Part shown: positions 1 through 8,766 of the stretch, in pieces
How positions within the stretch are numbered: position 1 is the stretch's first letter
Layout: each line of letters begins with the position of its first letter
Assembly: GCA_963668425.1 (NCBI GenBank)
Contig: OY764332.1
Location: forward strand, 1-39,240
DNA length: 39,240 bases
Direction: 5' to 3'
Source: Minisyncoccota bacterium
GTDB lineage: Bacteria > Patescibacteriota > Minisyncoccia > Phycocordibacterales > JABAAK01
The notes under the pieces: generated by a model
Seen by the model: only the letters and a program-made list of their open reading frames with translations
The model's database searches: none
What the model was told of the DNA's origin: nothing
Program-made: the position numbers and the translations under genes

Positions 1-249
1 TGCTGCCATGCCGGATGCCACTGATGCCATGGACTGCTCACCAATTCCCATCTCTACAAAGCGTTCAGGAAATCGCTCCTTAAAGTAATGGGTCTTTGTT
101 GACTCGGTTAAATCAGCACATAGTGCCACTACTCGCATGTCTTTTTCAGCCGCTTCAAGTAATCCTTTCCCGTATCCTTCACGAATTGGCACACGTTCTT
201 CTCGTGTTGTAAATAGTTTTTTATGAAAATGTATCCTTTCTTCTAACAT
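1..249 (-). CDS. transketolase C-terminal (pyrimidine-binding) subunit, N-terminal part only; continues past window edge
   Basis: Own translation of the minus strand from ATG (cat at 247-249): MLEERIHFHKKLFTTREERVPIREGYGKGLLEAAEKDMRVVALCADLTESTKTHYFKERFPERFVEMGIGEQSMASVASGMAA. The ADL..ST / FPERF..GIxEQ pattern fits the transketolase Pyr domain. It lies 24 nt downstream of the N-terminal subunit gene. It is open-ended, so it is absent from the ORF track. Confidence 0.8.
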   Translation of the reverse strand, partial: MLEERIHFHKKLFTTREERVPIREGYGKGLLEAAEKDMRVVALCADLTESTKTHYFKERFPERFVEMGIGEQSMASVASGMAA

Positions 250-273
250 ACATATTTTTATATACTTTTTGTG

Positions 274-1164
274 CTAGTCACAATCCGACACAATTACTCC
301 CTTTAAGCTTCGTAGCTGTTTCAGTGCACATTCTCCCTGCTTGTCTTTTGTCAGCATGTCTTCCGGACCTTTTCCTGGCGGTGTGCCATGCCAACGATAA
401 TCTCGTTCAAATTGAGGCACCCCTTTGCCGGGTATTGTATGCGCAATAATCATAGTTGGTTGCATCGCTGACTGCGCTTCGCCGAACGTGTCATATATCT
501 CCTCGATACTATGTCCATCAACATTAATAACATGCCAATTAAATGCTGTAAATTTCTCCTCTAGTGGCTCAAGTGGCATTATGTCACGTGTGAAACCATC
601 TATTTGTATTCCGTTCCGATCTATTAGAGCGATTAAATTATGTGGTTGTTCTTTTCCCGCATGCATAATTGCCTCCCAATTTTGCCCACAGTTCAGTTCT
701 CCGTCACTCATAAGGCAGTAGAAATACGTTGATGACTGTGGTTTATCTATTCTATCTGCTAATACCATACCTAGCGTTTGTGATAGACCAGAGCCGAGAG
801 GTCCTGAGCTTGTTTCAATTCCTGGTAAGTATTCACGATGTGGGTGTCCTTGTAGACGTGAGCCAAATTTTCGCAATGTCATCAATTCTTTCACTGGAAA
901 ATATCCTGCGTGCGCCATGGTTGCATATAGTACTGGACAGATATGTCCGTTAGATAGTATTAATCGGTCTCGCCCTTCTGCCTGTGGGTTTTTTGGATCA
1001 TGCCGTAATACTGAAAAAAACAGTGTGGCAAACACATCTGCCATCCCTAACGGTCCGGCGGTATGCCCTGATCCTGCTTCAATAAGTGATTCAATAATTG
1101 AAATACGGATTTGGCTTGCTTTTTTTCCAATCATTGCCACTTCCCTGTCTTTCAAATGTTTCAT
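274..1164 (-). CDS. transketolase N-terminal (TPP-binding) subunit
   Basis: The translation has SGHTAGPLGMADV, ILSNGH, GSRLQGHP and SDGELNCG (GDG-type TPP loop). The length of 296 aa is typical of the split form. Confidence 0.85.
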   Translation of the reverse strand: MKHLKDREVAMIGKKASQIRISIIESLIEAGSGHTAGPLGMADVFATLFFSVLRHDPKNPQAEGRDRLILSNGHICPVLYATMAHAGYFPVKELMTLRKFGSRLQGHPHREYLPGIETSSGPLGSGLSQTLGMVLADRIDKPQSSTYFYCLMSDGELNCGQNWEAIMHAGKEQPHNLIALIDRNGIQIDGFTRDIMPLEPLEEKFTAFNWHVINVDGHSIEEIYDTFGEAQSAMQPTMIIAHTIPGKGVPQFERDYRWHGTPPGKGPEDMLTKDKQGECALKQLRSLKGVIVSDCD

Positions 1165-1229
1165 ACATATCTACTATAACACACACTACACGGAACAAAT
1201 GTTTTGATCAAGCACTATCTTGCAAGTGT

Positions 1230-1805
1230 TTATGGGCTGTAGCAGTGACTCAATAAAAACCTCCATTTTTTATCTTGCGCTTTTGTGATACCAACTCTTG
1301 GAGTTGTTCTAATGTTACCTTGCTTTTTTATTTTTGGTAAAACGTATAATAATGATTTTTTGTTTGTCATGTCAATTCCATTGTCCTTCAATGATATTTC
1401 AAATGCCTGACATATTTTTCCTGGGCCATTCGTTAAGATATCATTTCTTTTGCCACCACGATTTTTTTGCATGAGATGCATGCCTTTCATTGGTGCAATC
1501 GCGCGGATCAACACAGCACAACCTTGTCCTTTATGCTCAGAGACAATGTTCAGACAGTGATGTATGCCGTAGGAAATGTACACGTATGCATGCCCGCCGT
1601 TTGTGAACATCATTTCATTTCGCTTTGTTCGTTTTCCATTAAATGAATGTGATGCTGTGTCATTTTCGGTATATGCTTCGGTTTCAATAATCATACCTGC
1701 CATTTTTCCTAATTTTGTCTCCCGTACTACTATGCACCCGAGTAATTCTTTTGCAAGATGTACTGTAGGCACTGTAAAAAATGCTCTTGATAATCTGTTG
1801 TTCAT
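1230..1805 (-). CDS. mpg: DNA-3-methyladenine glycosylase (Mpg/AAG family)
   Basis: FFxxPTVHLAKELLGCIVV, ETEAY...DxASHS, GHAYVYxxYGxHxCLN and VLIRA motifs are characteristic of the AAG/Mpg family. Confidence 0.85.
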   Translation of the reverse strand: MNNRLSRAFFTVPTVHLAKELLGCIVVRETKLGKMAGMIIETEAYTENDTASHSFNGKRTKRNEMMFTNGGHAYVYISYGIHHCLNIVSEHKGQGCAVLIRAIAPMKGMHLMQKNRGGKRNDILTNGPGKICQAFEISLKDNGIDMTNKKSLLYVLPKIKKQGNIRTTPRVGITKAQDKKWRFLLSHCYSP

Positions 1806-2266
1806 GTTGCCGGCATGCTGTTTTCATTTTTTGCCTCCTGCTCTTGTCCTCGTTGCTTTTTTTGTTTACGGTTTCGTTTTTGCCGTTCTTTCTTTTTGTT
1901 CTTTTTATGCATTTCTGCTATTTTTTGTAAATGTGTTGATACACTTTTTTTTTCGGCGTGGACAATTTCTCGTTTACCGGTCTTTAATGTTGTGTATTTT
2001 TGTTGAGTTTCAACGATTGGCTTAGTAACCGGGTCAATTAAATCTTTTTCTACCTCATCAACACCTCGCTCATATAATGTATTAACAAAGGCGACTTCCC
2101 CCCACAGATGTTCCAGCAGCGTCTTTACCTTCTGATCTGCATACTGACGGAATTTTTTTCCGAACCGAATTCCTTTTTTTGTTTCTATTACAATAAGAGT
2201 AATATACAAGATAATAACTCCTACTGTAACAAAAAGAGAGTACGCTACAATTCCGGCAATATCCAT
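1802..2266 (-). CDS. hypothetical single-pass membrane protein with Lys/Arg-rich C-terminal tail
   Basis: Track ORF 1802..2353 was trimmed to the internal Met (MDIAGIVAYSLFVTVGVIILYITLIVI = one TM helix). The long form would overlap tsf by 68 nt. The tail reads KKNKKKERQKRNRKQKKQRGQ. The stop overlaps the mpg start (ATGA). Confidence 0.5.
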   Translation of the reverse strand: MDIAGIVAYSLFVTVGVIILYITLIVIETKKGIRFGKKFRQYADQKVKTLLEHLWGEVAFVNTLYERGVDEVEKDLIDPVTKPIVETQQKYTTLKTGKREIVHAEKKSVSTHLQKIAEMHKKNKKKERQKRNRKQKKQRGQEQEAKNENSMPAT

Positions 2267-2285
2267 GTTTATAGTATACCGCTGT

Positions 2286-2867
2286 CTACACCACCCAGAC
2301 CGCAAATCGGCCAATTTCAATCCGCTCACCAAATTTTTGCACGGACTCTTCAATTAGTTGTGCGATAGCACGAGAGTCATCTTTTACAAACATCTGCTCA
2401 AGCAGTACTACTTCTTTTAGTTTTGCATCAAGCATGCCCTGCACTATCTTTTCTTGCACTTCAGTCGGCTTGCTTGTATCTATCCCTTCTTTCAGTTCAA
2501 TTGTTATTTGTTCCAATGTCTCTGCTGGGATGCTTTCCCGGGAAAGGTACTGTGGCTGAAACGCAGCACAGTGCATTGCAATGTCCCGCGCAAGTGTGAT
2601 AAATGCTTCGTTACGTGCCACAAAATCGGTTTCACACAACATCTCAACCATCGTGCCGATGCGGTGTGTGGTATGTATATACGACTGTACTACACCTGAT
2701 CCAAGATCACGATCCGCCTTTTTTTGAACAGCAATTGCTCCTTTTTCTCGTAATATTTCCCGTGCCTTGTCCGTATCACCACTGGACTCTTCAAGTGCTT
2801 CTTTGCATTTTGCTATTGAATGACCCGTTTCATTTCTGAGCTTTTTTATTGTTGTTATATCTACCAT
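2286..2867 (-). CDS. tsf: translation elongation factor Ts (short form)
   Basis: N-terminal UBA-like segment IKKLRNETGHSIAKCKEALEESSGDTDKAREILREKG, followed by the TDFVARNEAF motif. It lies immediately downstream of rpsB, the canonical pairing. Confidence 0.9.
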   Translation of the reverse strand: MVDITTIKKLRNETGHSIAKCKEALEESSGDTDKAREILREKGAIAVQKKADRDLGSGVVQSYIHTTHRIGTMVEMLCETDFVARNEAFITLARDIAMHCAAFQPQYLSRESIPAETLEQITIELKEGIDTSKPTEVQEKIVQGMLDAKLKEVVLLEQMFVKDDSRAIAQLIEESVQKFGERIEIGRFAVWVV

Positions 2868-2870
2868 AGT

Positions 2871-3656
2871 TTATGTTTGTTTATTTTGCGTGCTGTTTGT
2901 TTTTTCCTGTGTCATATTACTGTTCTCACTGCTTTCCTCACCGTTAGTATCGACTTGTTTTACTTTTTTGTTACTCGCTCCTTTTTTATATGCTGTTTCA
3001 ACTAAGCCAAGAATGTATGCAACGGCTTCCCGAGAGTGAATATTAGCAATTATAGGTTGTTGAATACAGCGCACATCTGCGTTAGCGCTGGAAAAACCGA
3101 TGACTGATATGCCTGCACTGTTTGCCTCTTTCACTGCTATCTTCTCTTTTCGGGTATCAAGCACGAAAACTGCTTGTGGCAGCTCAGTCAATGCTGCGAT
3201 GCCAGTGAAGCGATTTTCTAGTTTTGTTAATTCTCGATTCAGTAACACCTTTTCTTTTTTAGTGTATTTTGTCCATGCACCTTCCTCTTTCTCTTTTTGC
3301 ATAGCACTCATCTTGTTTATCCTTCCTTTTATGTTGGTAAAATTTGATAATGTTCCACCGATCCATCGGTTTAGCATGTGTGGTAAGGAGAGGTTTTCTG
3401 CTGTTTGTTTTACTAGGTCAACTGTCTCTTGTCGTGTGGAGACGAATAGAATAATTTGTCCTTTCTTGCCACACTCCTCAATGGAGGTGAGGGTTTTCTC
3501 CAACAGGGTGACAATTTTTTCAATATCAAAAACTGCTCGGTTGCCCTTTTTTCCTTCAATCATAGATGCTAAAGACGGGTGGCGATATTGATTTGTTACT
3601 GCATAGTGTCCCCCAACTCGCTCTATCTCCTGAGCTATTTCCTTGTTGCTTGTCAT
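2871..3656 (-). CDS. rpsB: 30S ribosomal protein S2
   Basis: HYAVTNQYRHPSLASMI, ILFVSTRQE and NRWIGGTLSNF motifs; rpsB-tsf synteny. Confidence 0.9.
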   Translation of the reverse strand: MTSNKEIAQEIERVGGHYAVTNQYRHPSLASMIEGKKGNRAVFDIEKIVTLLEKTLTSIEECGKKGQIILFVSTRQETVDLVKQTAENLSLPHMLNRWIGGTLSNFTNIKGRINKMSAMQKEKEEGAWTKYTKKEKVLLNRELTKLENRFTGIAALTELPQAVFVLDTRKEKIAVKEANSAGISVIGFSSANADVRCIQQPIIANIHSREAVAYILGLVETAYKKGASNKKVKQVDTNGEESSENSNMTQEKTNSTQNKQT

Positions 3657-3666
3657 AATGGTATAT

Positions 3667-3696
3667 ATAATAGCATGCCACCATTGTCTCGTGCAA
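3667..3696 (-). promoter_or_regulatory. candidate rpsB promoter: TTGCAC-18nt-TGcTATTAT, with the -10 only 10 nt from the ATG (near-leaderless)
   Basis: Reverse complement reads TTGCAC GAGACAATGGTGGCATGC TATTAT ATATACCATT ATG. No SD-like purine run lies between the -10 and the ATG. Confidence 0.4.
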
Positions 3697-3720
3697 ACCT
3701 ATTTTTTGTTGTATATATAT

Positions 3721-3748
3721 GAAAAAGGCACGCTTGTAAAGCGTGCCT
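3721..3748 (-). terminator. intrinsic terminator downstream of lipoprotein gene 3766..5091
   Basis: Minus strand reads AGGCACGCTT-TAC-AAGCGTGCCT followed by TTTTTC. This is a 10-bp perfect stem, 17 nt after the stop codon. Confidence 0.7.
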
Positions 3749-3765
3749 AATGAAAAACTAAAGAT

Positions 3766-5091
3766 TTACTTGGTTACTACGAAGTCCTTGTATTCGCCTC
3801 CTAGTGCTACCATTGTATTGACAGCGATTAGGTGCTTGCCCGGGTACTGGGCGCTTCCGCCACCCAAGGCAAATACATATGTGCCCTGTGCTCTTGCCAT
3901 TGGGCTGGAGACTACCGTTATCAACTGGCCCTCTGGTTGATTTCGGTATAACAGACGCAATTGCGCTGCTGTCTCTTTCGGTACTAACCGATATCCGGCA
4001 CGGACAGTTGCCAGAATTATATCTGACATTGTGTAGATCCCGGTGAGACCTAGCTCTTCTGCCGTCACCCGATATAGGATGGTTTCTCCATCACCCCGTT
4101 CAACCTTAAACCTTGGGGAGGATAGTATTTCCTTTGCCCAAGGGCTAACCTTATACCCGAAATGTTCAAGGGCAGTTAGCATGTGATTCCCGGAGTTGTA
4201 CAGGCCGTGTGGGATGGTTTTCCATACTGTTTCTAAAGCGGGTGTTTCATCGTCTTCAACTTCAACAGTGAGCGTAGTGCTGAAAGCACTGACATCTTCA
4301 CCGTCTAGATCTTCTAGCCCGCCTTCACCGTTGTACGAAACTTCATACGTCCCACCAATAAGGTCTTTGCTCATGATGAGAGTGATTTCATCCCTGTCTT
4401 CTTCGTAACTGCGAATGCGTTTCTTTTTGTTATCAACGACAACACTGATGTTGTCTTTGATTGATCTGTACGCACTCACATCCTCAGAGAAAATTAAGAC
4501 GATTTCGTCTTCAAAGTCGCCGGCGCTGATTGTTTCAAGAGTTGGTCCAGTGGCAACCTCTCTTCGATCAATAGTCATTGTCTCGTCGGCAATCACTCTG
4601 CCGTCACGAGCGACCTCTATTTTTAAATATACTTTCTTGCCTTCTCCTCCCAGATCTGCATTTTCCAGACGGATATGAATCTCTGAGAGTGAAATATCGC
4701 CATGGGGCACCTTGACCTGGCCGAGGTATCCCCCGACCGTATAGAAGCGTATTCTATCTCTGGGAAGTAATGCCCCGTCTATTGCCTCAATGACAATGAT
4801 CTCATCATTGTCGCCTTCTGTTTCTTTGTGAGACAGAGAGACGATTAGATCATTGTGATCTGCTTCTTCGATCTGTACTATACTTGGCGCCGCCATAACG
4901 TTGTTGGTTACAGCTTTGACAATTTCAATGTCTGCCTCTCTGATAGCAGGCGCTGTGTCGGATTTTAGTTCTCCAACCATCGCTATTTCGCTCCCCTCTT
5001 CTACACTTAGGGGATTCTTGCCTTCGCAACCTATTATTCCAATAACCGCTATTGTTGCCAGTAGATACATATACATTCCGAAATTTTTCAT
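3766..5091 (-). CDS. hypothetical acidic lipoprotein (441 aa) with probable Ig-like middle region and unrecognised C-terminal domain
   Basis: Signal peptide plus lipobox MKNFGMYMYLLATIAVIGIIGC. The mature part is very rich in Asp/Glu. AAGGAG SD lies 8 nt upstream. The gene has its own consensus promoter and terminator. Confidence 0.7.
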   Translation of the reverse strand: MKNFGMYMYLLATIAVIGIIGCEGKNPLSVEEGSEIAMVGELKSDTAPAIREADIEIVKAVTNNVMAAPSIVQIEEADHNDLIVSLSHKETEGDNDEIIVIEAIDGALLPRDRIRFYTVGGYLGQVKVPHGDISLSEIHIRLENADLGGEGKKVYLKIEVARDGRVIADETMTIDRREVATGPTLETISAGDFEDEIVLIFSEDVSAYRSIKDNISVVVDNKKKRIRSYEEDRDEITLIMSKDLIGGTYEVSYNGEGGLEDLDGEDVSAFSTTLTVEVEDDETPALETVWKTIPHGLYNSGNHMLTALEHFGYKVSPWAKEILSSPRFKVERGDGETILYRVTAEELGLTGIYTMSDIILATVRAGYRLVPKETAAQLRLLYRNQPEGQLITVVSSPMARAQGTYVFALGGGSAQYPGKHLIAVNTMVALGGEYKDFVVTK

Positions 5092-5145
5092 TTCTTTTTC
5101 TCCTTAAGAGTTAATTTTCATTGTAGAAAGGTCAGTAATATTTAT

Positions 5146-5174
5146 ATTATATAGAAAGATTGTTAATTTGTCAA
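5146..5174 (-). promoter_or_regulatory. consensus sigma70-type promoter for lipoprotein gene 3766..5091
   Basis: Reverse complement reads TTGACA (5174-5169), then the 17-nt spacer AATTAACAATCTTTCTA, then TATAAT (5151-5146). The ATG lies about 55 nt downstream, preceded by AAGGAG. Confidence 0.6.
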
Positions 5175-5400
5175 ATATATGATATTTCTGTCCTATATAC
5201 AGTAAAATACCTTGATTTTGCTGTGTTTTCCGTGGCATATGCGGTTTCTGTCCTCATACTTGAACTTGCCTTTATTGGCAAAATATGGCAGAATAAGTAC
5301 AGTTTATGTCAGAAAACGGCACACACACCATTTTCTGCTGACCCTTGTACAGTTCCTTTTACGCTCTTTTTACACTATTATTAACTTAACTAATACAATT

Positions 5401-6519
5401 ATGAGTAACGTGTTTAAGAACTCGTTACTGATTATCGTAGCGGTGATTATCTGCGTTGTTACCTCATTAGTAGGTAGCAGAGCATTTGCACAATCAGAGT
5501 TGCTTTTCCCTGTTTCAAAGAATGTTTCATATATTGCACCAAGCATAGATGTTGTCTTTGCTAATCACCTTCAAGTGGATGTATTTGCTGACAGTACCAT
5601 GAATACACATGTTGTTCTTGTGGATACTGATACAGATACTTACATTGAGGAGGTGCCTGCGGAAGATAGCTTCATTGTCCGATCAAGTTTACGTTTCCCT
5701 GTTCGTCAGAGAGCGTCATACACTGCACCAAGCATAGATGTTGTCTTTGCCAACCACCTTCAAGTGGGTGTATTTGCTGACAGTACCATGAGCACACATA
5801 CTGTTCTTATGGATGCTGCTGTAAATTCATACATTGAAGAGGTATATGTTGAAGATACTTTTCTTGCTCGTTCAGAGTTGCGTTTTCCGGTTGTAAAGAG
5901 AGCGTCATACACTGCACCGGACCTGGAAGTTGTTTTTGTTGGAATCTCTTATAATGAGATATCTGTTGCTGATGGAACTACTGACAAAAGAAGCTTTACT
6001 ACTACAAAGAAACAGAAAAAGATAGCACAAAAAATTACTTCTCTTCGTGAGCAGGTTGCTGATTTAGAACAGCGAATTGCATTACTAAAAGAGAATGCTA
6101 CTGCTAATGATTTTGGTTGTGGCTCGTGTGGAACCCATGTTAAGAACCTTCAGAGGTTTCTTAATCGAAAAGGTTTCATTCTTGCGACTACTGGAGCAGG
6201 TTCAATTGGATCGGAAACTTCATTTTTTGGTCCACGAACACTTGCGGCGTTGAAAAACTTTCAGTCAGCATATGCTATTCCTGTGACTGGTGTGGTAGAT
6301 TTGCGAACAAGAGACCTGATTGACAGTATTGAGAGCAATGTGCTCGGTAAGATTATCACTGTAAATTGTGTAACTCCAAATAAAAAGAGTGGACAAGAGG
6401 AAATTATCCGGAACGATCAGAATGATAAAGATGGTACTAAAAGTATATCCGGAAACTTTTTTACCAACTTATTCAAGAAGATCGTTGATTTCTTCCGAAA
6501 CCTTTTTTTGATCGCGTAA
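5401..6519 (+). CDS. secreted protein with three 63-aa tandem repeats, a coiled-coil segment and a peptidoglycan-binding (PG_binding_1-like) domain
   Basis: Track ORF 5212..6519 was trimmed to the in-frame ATG at 5401, which gives a signal peptide MSNVFKNSLLIIVAVIICVVTSLVGSRAFAQ. The PG-binding-like segment is VKNLQRFLNRKGF...FGPRTLAALKNFQSAYAIPVTGVVD. Confidence 0.7.
   Translation: MSNVFKNSLLIIVAVIICVVTSLVGSRAFAQSELLFPVSKNVSYIAPSIDVVFANHLQVDVFADSTMNTHVVLVDTDTDTYIEEVPAEDSFIVRSSLRFPVRQRASYTAPSIDVVFANHLQVGVFADSTMSTHTVLMDAAVNSYIEEVYVEDTFLARSELRFPVVKRASYTAPDLEVVFVGISYNEISVADGTTDKRSFTTTKKQKKIAQKITSLREQVADLEQRIALLKENATANDFGCGSCGTHVKNLQRFLNRKGFILATTGAGSIGSETSFFGPRTLAALKNFQSAYAIPVTGVVDLRTRDLIDSIESNVLGKIITVNCVTPNKKSGQEEIIRNDQNDKDGTKSISGNFFTNLFKKIVDFFRNLFLIA
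5497..5945 (+). repeat. tandem in-frame coding repeats, period 189 nt (2 full copies plus 1 partial)
   Basis: Units start at 5497, 5686 and 5875 (ELLFPVSKNVSY.. / SLRFPVRQRASY.. / ELRFPVVKRASY..). The cores gcaccaagcatagatgttgtctttgc..caccttcaagtgg.tgtatttgctgacagtaccatga are nearly identical at the DNA level between copies 1 and 2. Confidence 0.9.
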
Positions 6520-6555
6520 GCGATGTTACCTATTCGGAACGATAATACAGTACAG

Positions 6556-6593
6556 CAATACAGCCCTGAGATATATATCTCAGGGCTGTATTG
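6556..6593. terminator. 38-nt perfect palindrome between convergent genes (probable bidirectional terminator hairpin)
   Basis: The sequence is caatacagccctgagatat|atatctcagggctgtattg. It lies between the stop of 5401..6519 (+) and the stop of rpsI (-). There is no clear U-tract on either side. Confidence 0.5.
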
Positions 6594-6647
6594 TTATATA
6601 TCCTGTAGATTGGAGAATGGTGTGCTTGGTGTTGCTGTGGTACGTGG

Positions 6648-7061
6648 TTATCGTTTGCTCCACTGTGGTGCCCGTCTTGCCTTTTTTAATCCAAACTTCT
6701 TTCGTTCTTTCTTTCGTTGGTCTCGTGTTAACAATCCTAAATCTTTGAAAAATTTTCTGTCTTTTGGTTCATACTTGACGAATGCTCGTGTCAATGCATG
6801 TCGTATTGCCTCTGCTTGTGCTGATGATCCACCACCTTTAATGATTACTGTTGCTCCAAAGAGTTTTTTGTACTCTTCTTTTTTGTGAAACGGCTGCATT
6901 GCTGTTTTAATGAGTTCCTGTGTTGGTAAATATTTCTCTATAGGTTTTCCATTTATAATGACCTCTTTTGTAAGTTTTGAAATGCGCACACGCGCAATAG
7001 CAGTTTTTCTCCGCCCGACAGTTTCTATGTACCCCCCTCGTTCTATTTGGTTTTGTAGCAT
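6648..7061 (-). CDS. rpsI: 30S ribosomal protein S9
   Basis: GRRKTAIARV, GGGSSAQAEAIRHALTRA and a C-terminal ...ARRAPQWSKR; rplM-rpsI synteny. Confidence 0.9.
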   Translation of the reverse strand: MLQNQIERGGYIETVGRRKTAIARVRISKLTKEVIINGKPIEKYLPTQELIKTAMQPFHKKEEYKKLFGATVIIKGGGSSAQAEAIRHALTRAFVKYEPKDRKFFKDLGLLTRDQRKKERKKFGLKKARRAPQWSKR

Positions 7062-7064
7062 ATA

Positions 7065-7424
7065 TTATTCGTTAATCTGTAATTTTTTCATTTTTGTTTT
7101 TCGTAGGCGATTGTTGGGCAACATGCCATACACTGCTTTACGTAACGCTTCACTGTACCCTTTTTTTTCTATTAATTGCGCGAGGGTTATTTCTTTTCTC
7201 CCGCCAAAATATCCAGTGTATCGTTCGTATATCTTATTGTTTTTTTTCTTTTCAGTAATTTGCATTTGTGAGGCATTAGCAACTTCTACTAGTATATTAG
7301 GTGTTTTGTTTGGTGTATATTCTGGCGTATGTTTGCCATTCAACATATTTGCTATTTCTGTTGCAAGACATCCGAGTCGTTTTCCTGTCGCGCTTATAGT
7401 TATTTTTTCTTGTGTGTGTATCAT
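7065..7424 (-). CDS. rplM: 50S ribosomal protein L13 (short, 119 aa)
   Basis: GKRLGCLATEIANMLNGKH, YxRYTGYFGG and AVxGMLPNNRL motifs; directly upstream of rpsI. Confidence 0.85.
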   Translation of the reverse strand: MIHTQEKITISATGKRLGCLATEIANMLNGKHTPEYTPNKTPNILVEVANASQMQITEKKKNNKIYERYTGYFGGRKEITLAQLIEKKGYSEALRKAVYGMLPNNRLRKTKMKKLQINE

Positions 7425-7433
7425 TCTGTTTTT

Positions 7434-7787
7434 TTATACGAATTCAATCACTGCAACTGTTCGCCCTGAACCTGGACGACACTCAATTTTTGTGATGCGT
7501 GTGTAACCACCGTTTCGATCTTTGTATTTTGGCCCTATTTCTTCAAGCAGCTTTTTCACTATTGCTTTGTCGTTATTGAAACGACTGAGTAATAATCTTC
7601 TCGTTGTCATGTTGTTGATCGCTGCCTTGGTAACAATTTTTTCAAGGTAAGGACGAATGCTTTTTGCTCGTGATTCTGTCGTTTGCACTCGCGTATGCAG
7701 TATAACAGATCGTGCAAGAGAGCGCATTAGCTGTTTCCGCTGATCTCTAGTTCGTCCAAATTTTCTCCCTCTTCTGTGATGTGCCAT
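7434..7787 (-). CDS. rplQ: 50S ribosomal protein L17
   Basis: MAHHRRGRKFGRTRDQRKQLMRSLARSVILHTRVQTT and GGYTRI; follows rpoA as in the canonical alpha operon. Confidence 0.9.
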   Translation of the reverse strand: MAHHRRGRKFGRTRDQRKQLMRSLARSVILHTRVQTTESRAKSIRPYLEKIVTKAAINNMTTRRLLLSRFNNDKAIVKKLLEEIGPKYKDRNGGYTRITKIECRPGSGRTVAVIEFV

Positions 7788-7797
7788 ACGTATTATT

Positions 7798-8745
7798 TTA
7801 TTCTATATCTTTCAGGATTACTCCCCGTTCCTCAAGGCGATTGGTTATTTCTTCAACTGCCTTTGTGCCAATACCTGGCATTTCTCGAACACCAGTTATT
7901 CCTTTTTTTAACACATCCATAACGGTTTGTATATTATTTTTTTCCAATGCATTTACTACCGCAGCACTTAAGCCGAGATCACGTATTGCTATTACTTTCA
8001 TATTTTCATTTGCCTCTTTTTCTATTTCTTCAATTTTTGCATTATTCTCTGATTGAAAACCAAGCATGGCTTCAAACTGTGTTACCATGGTACGCAACGC
8101 TTTTTCCAATGCTTCACGAGGGGTAATGGTGCCATCAGTTTCAATAAATAGAGAGAGCCGATTAAAATCAGTCCTGTCACCGACTCGCATGTTTTCCACT
8201 TCATACGATGATCGTTTGACTGGAGAAAATATTGTATCTACGACAATTGATCCGACTTCAGGATCTTCAGAAAAATCTTCCCGCGGACGAAAACCAATAC
8301 CTTGTTGCACATCTACTTCTATGTGCAATTCTGTTTTTTCATCAGTGATTTCTGCGATGATTAAATCTTTATTCACAATCTCAATTTGTGAAGGTGTTTC
8401 GAAATCTCCAGCAGTGACAACTCCTTTTCCTTTCTTCTTTAGTATCATTTGTTGCGGGAAAGTATCTGTGTTTGCTTTTACACGAATATTTTTCATGTTT
8501 ACAACGACAGTGAGCGCATCTTGTTTTATACCATCTAATGCTGAAAATTCATGTGGCACACCTTGTATGCGGATTGTGGTGATTGCCACTCCTGGTATGG
8601 AGGATAGCAACATTCTTCGTAAAGCGTTACCAAGGGTATTACCATACCCAGGGTATAAGCTTGAAATTTCATATGTTCCTTCTGTGTCCGTTTCCTGCAC
8701 TATCTCTGGCTTGGAAGGAATAGCAATGTTTATGTATTCTGTCAT
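7798..8745 (-). CDS. rpoA: DNA-directed RNA polymerase alpha subunit
   Basis: GYGNTLGNALRRMLLSSIPG, the N-terminal domain pattern and a C-terminal helix-hairpin-helix region (LGLSAAVVNALEKNNIQTV); rpsD-rpoA-rplQ synteny. Confidence 0.9.
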   Translation of the reverse strand: MTEYINIAIPSKPEIVQETDTEGTYEISSLYPGYGNTLGNALRRMLLSSIPGVAITTIRIQGVPHEFSALDGIKQDALTVVVNMKNIRVKANTDTFPQQMILKKKGKGVVTAGDFETPSQIEIVNKDLIIAEITDEKTELHIEVDVQQGIGFRPREDFSEDPEVGSIVVDTIFSPVKRSSYEVENMRVGDRTDFNRLSLFIETDGTITPREALEKALRTMVTQFEAMLGFQSENNAKIEEIEKEANENMKVIAIRDLGLSAAVVNALEKNNIQTVMDVLKKGITGVREMPGIGTKAVEEITNRLEERGVILKDIE

Positions 8746-8766
8746 ATAAAAAAGTTTATTTGTAAT

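Noticed and set aside
1802-1805. ATGA stop/start overlaps (also at 17098-17101 and 32740-32743), plus the 14-nt nusB/rnc overlap, as something unusual
   Set aside because: This is ordinary translational coupling in compact operons. It is noted only as support for the chosen start codons.
3100-3591. 163-aa plus-strand ORF. Similar antisense ORFs lie at 1576..2025, 9374..9853, 18524..18943, 19247..19702, 22747..23196 and 26028..26414.
   Set aside because: Each one lies inside a confidently identified gene on the opposite strand, and none shows a recognisable motif.
5212-5400. N-terminal 63 codons of track ORF 5212..6519
   Set aside because: The extension has no signal peptide and begins with a non-ATG start. 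The ATG at 5401 yields a classic signal peptide. The region is better read as a 5' UTR or promoter.
5497-5945. Tandem repeats considered as a possible CRISPR or non-coding array
   Set aside because: The period is 189 nt, in frame, inside a long ORF with a conserved protein-level repeat. There is no short repeat/spacer alternation. No CRISPR-like array exists anywhere in the window.
6910-7506. 198-aa plus-strand ORF
   Set aside because: It is antisense to rplM and rplQ. It is hydrophobic and low-complexity because it mirrors Lys/Arg-rich codons. This is a shadow ORF.
8066-8749. 227-aa plus-strand ORF
   Set aside because: It lies fully antisense to rpoA, which has unambiguous homology. The composition (Ser/Cys/Phe-rich) is typical of a shadow ORF, and there is no SD or promoter.
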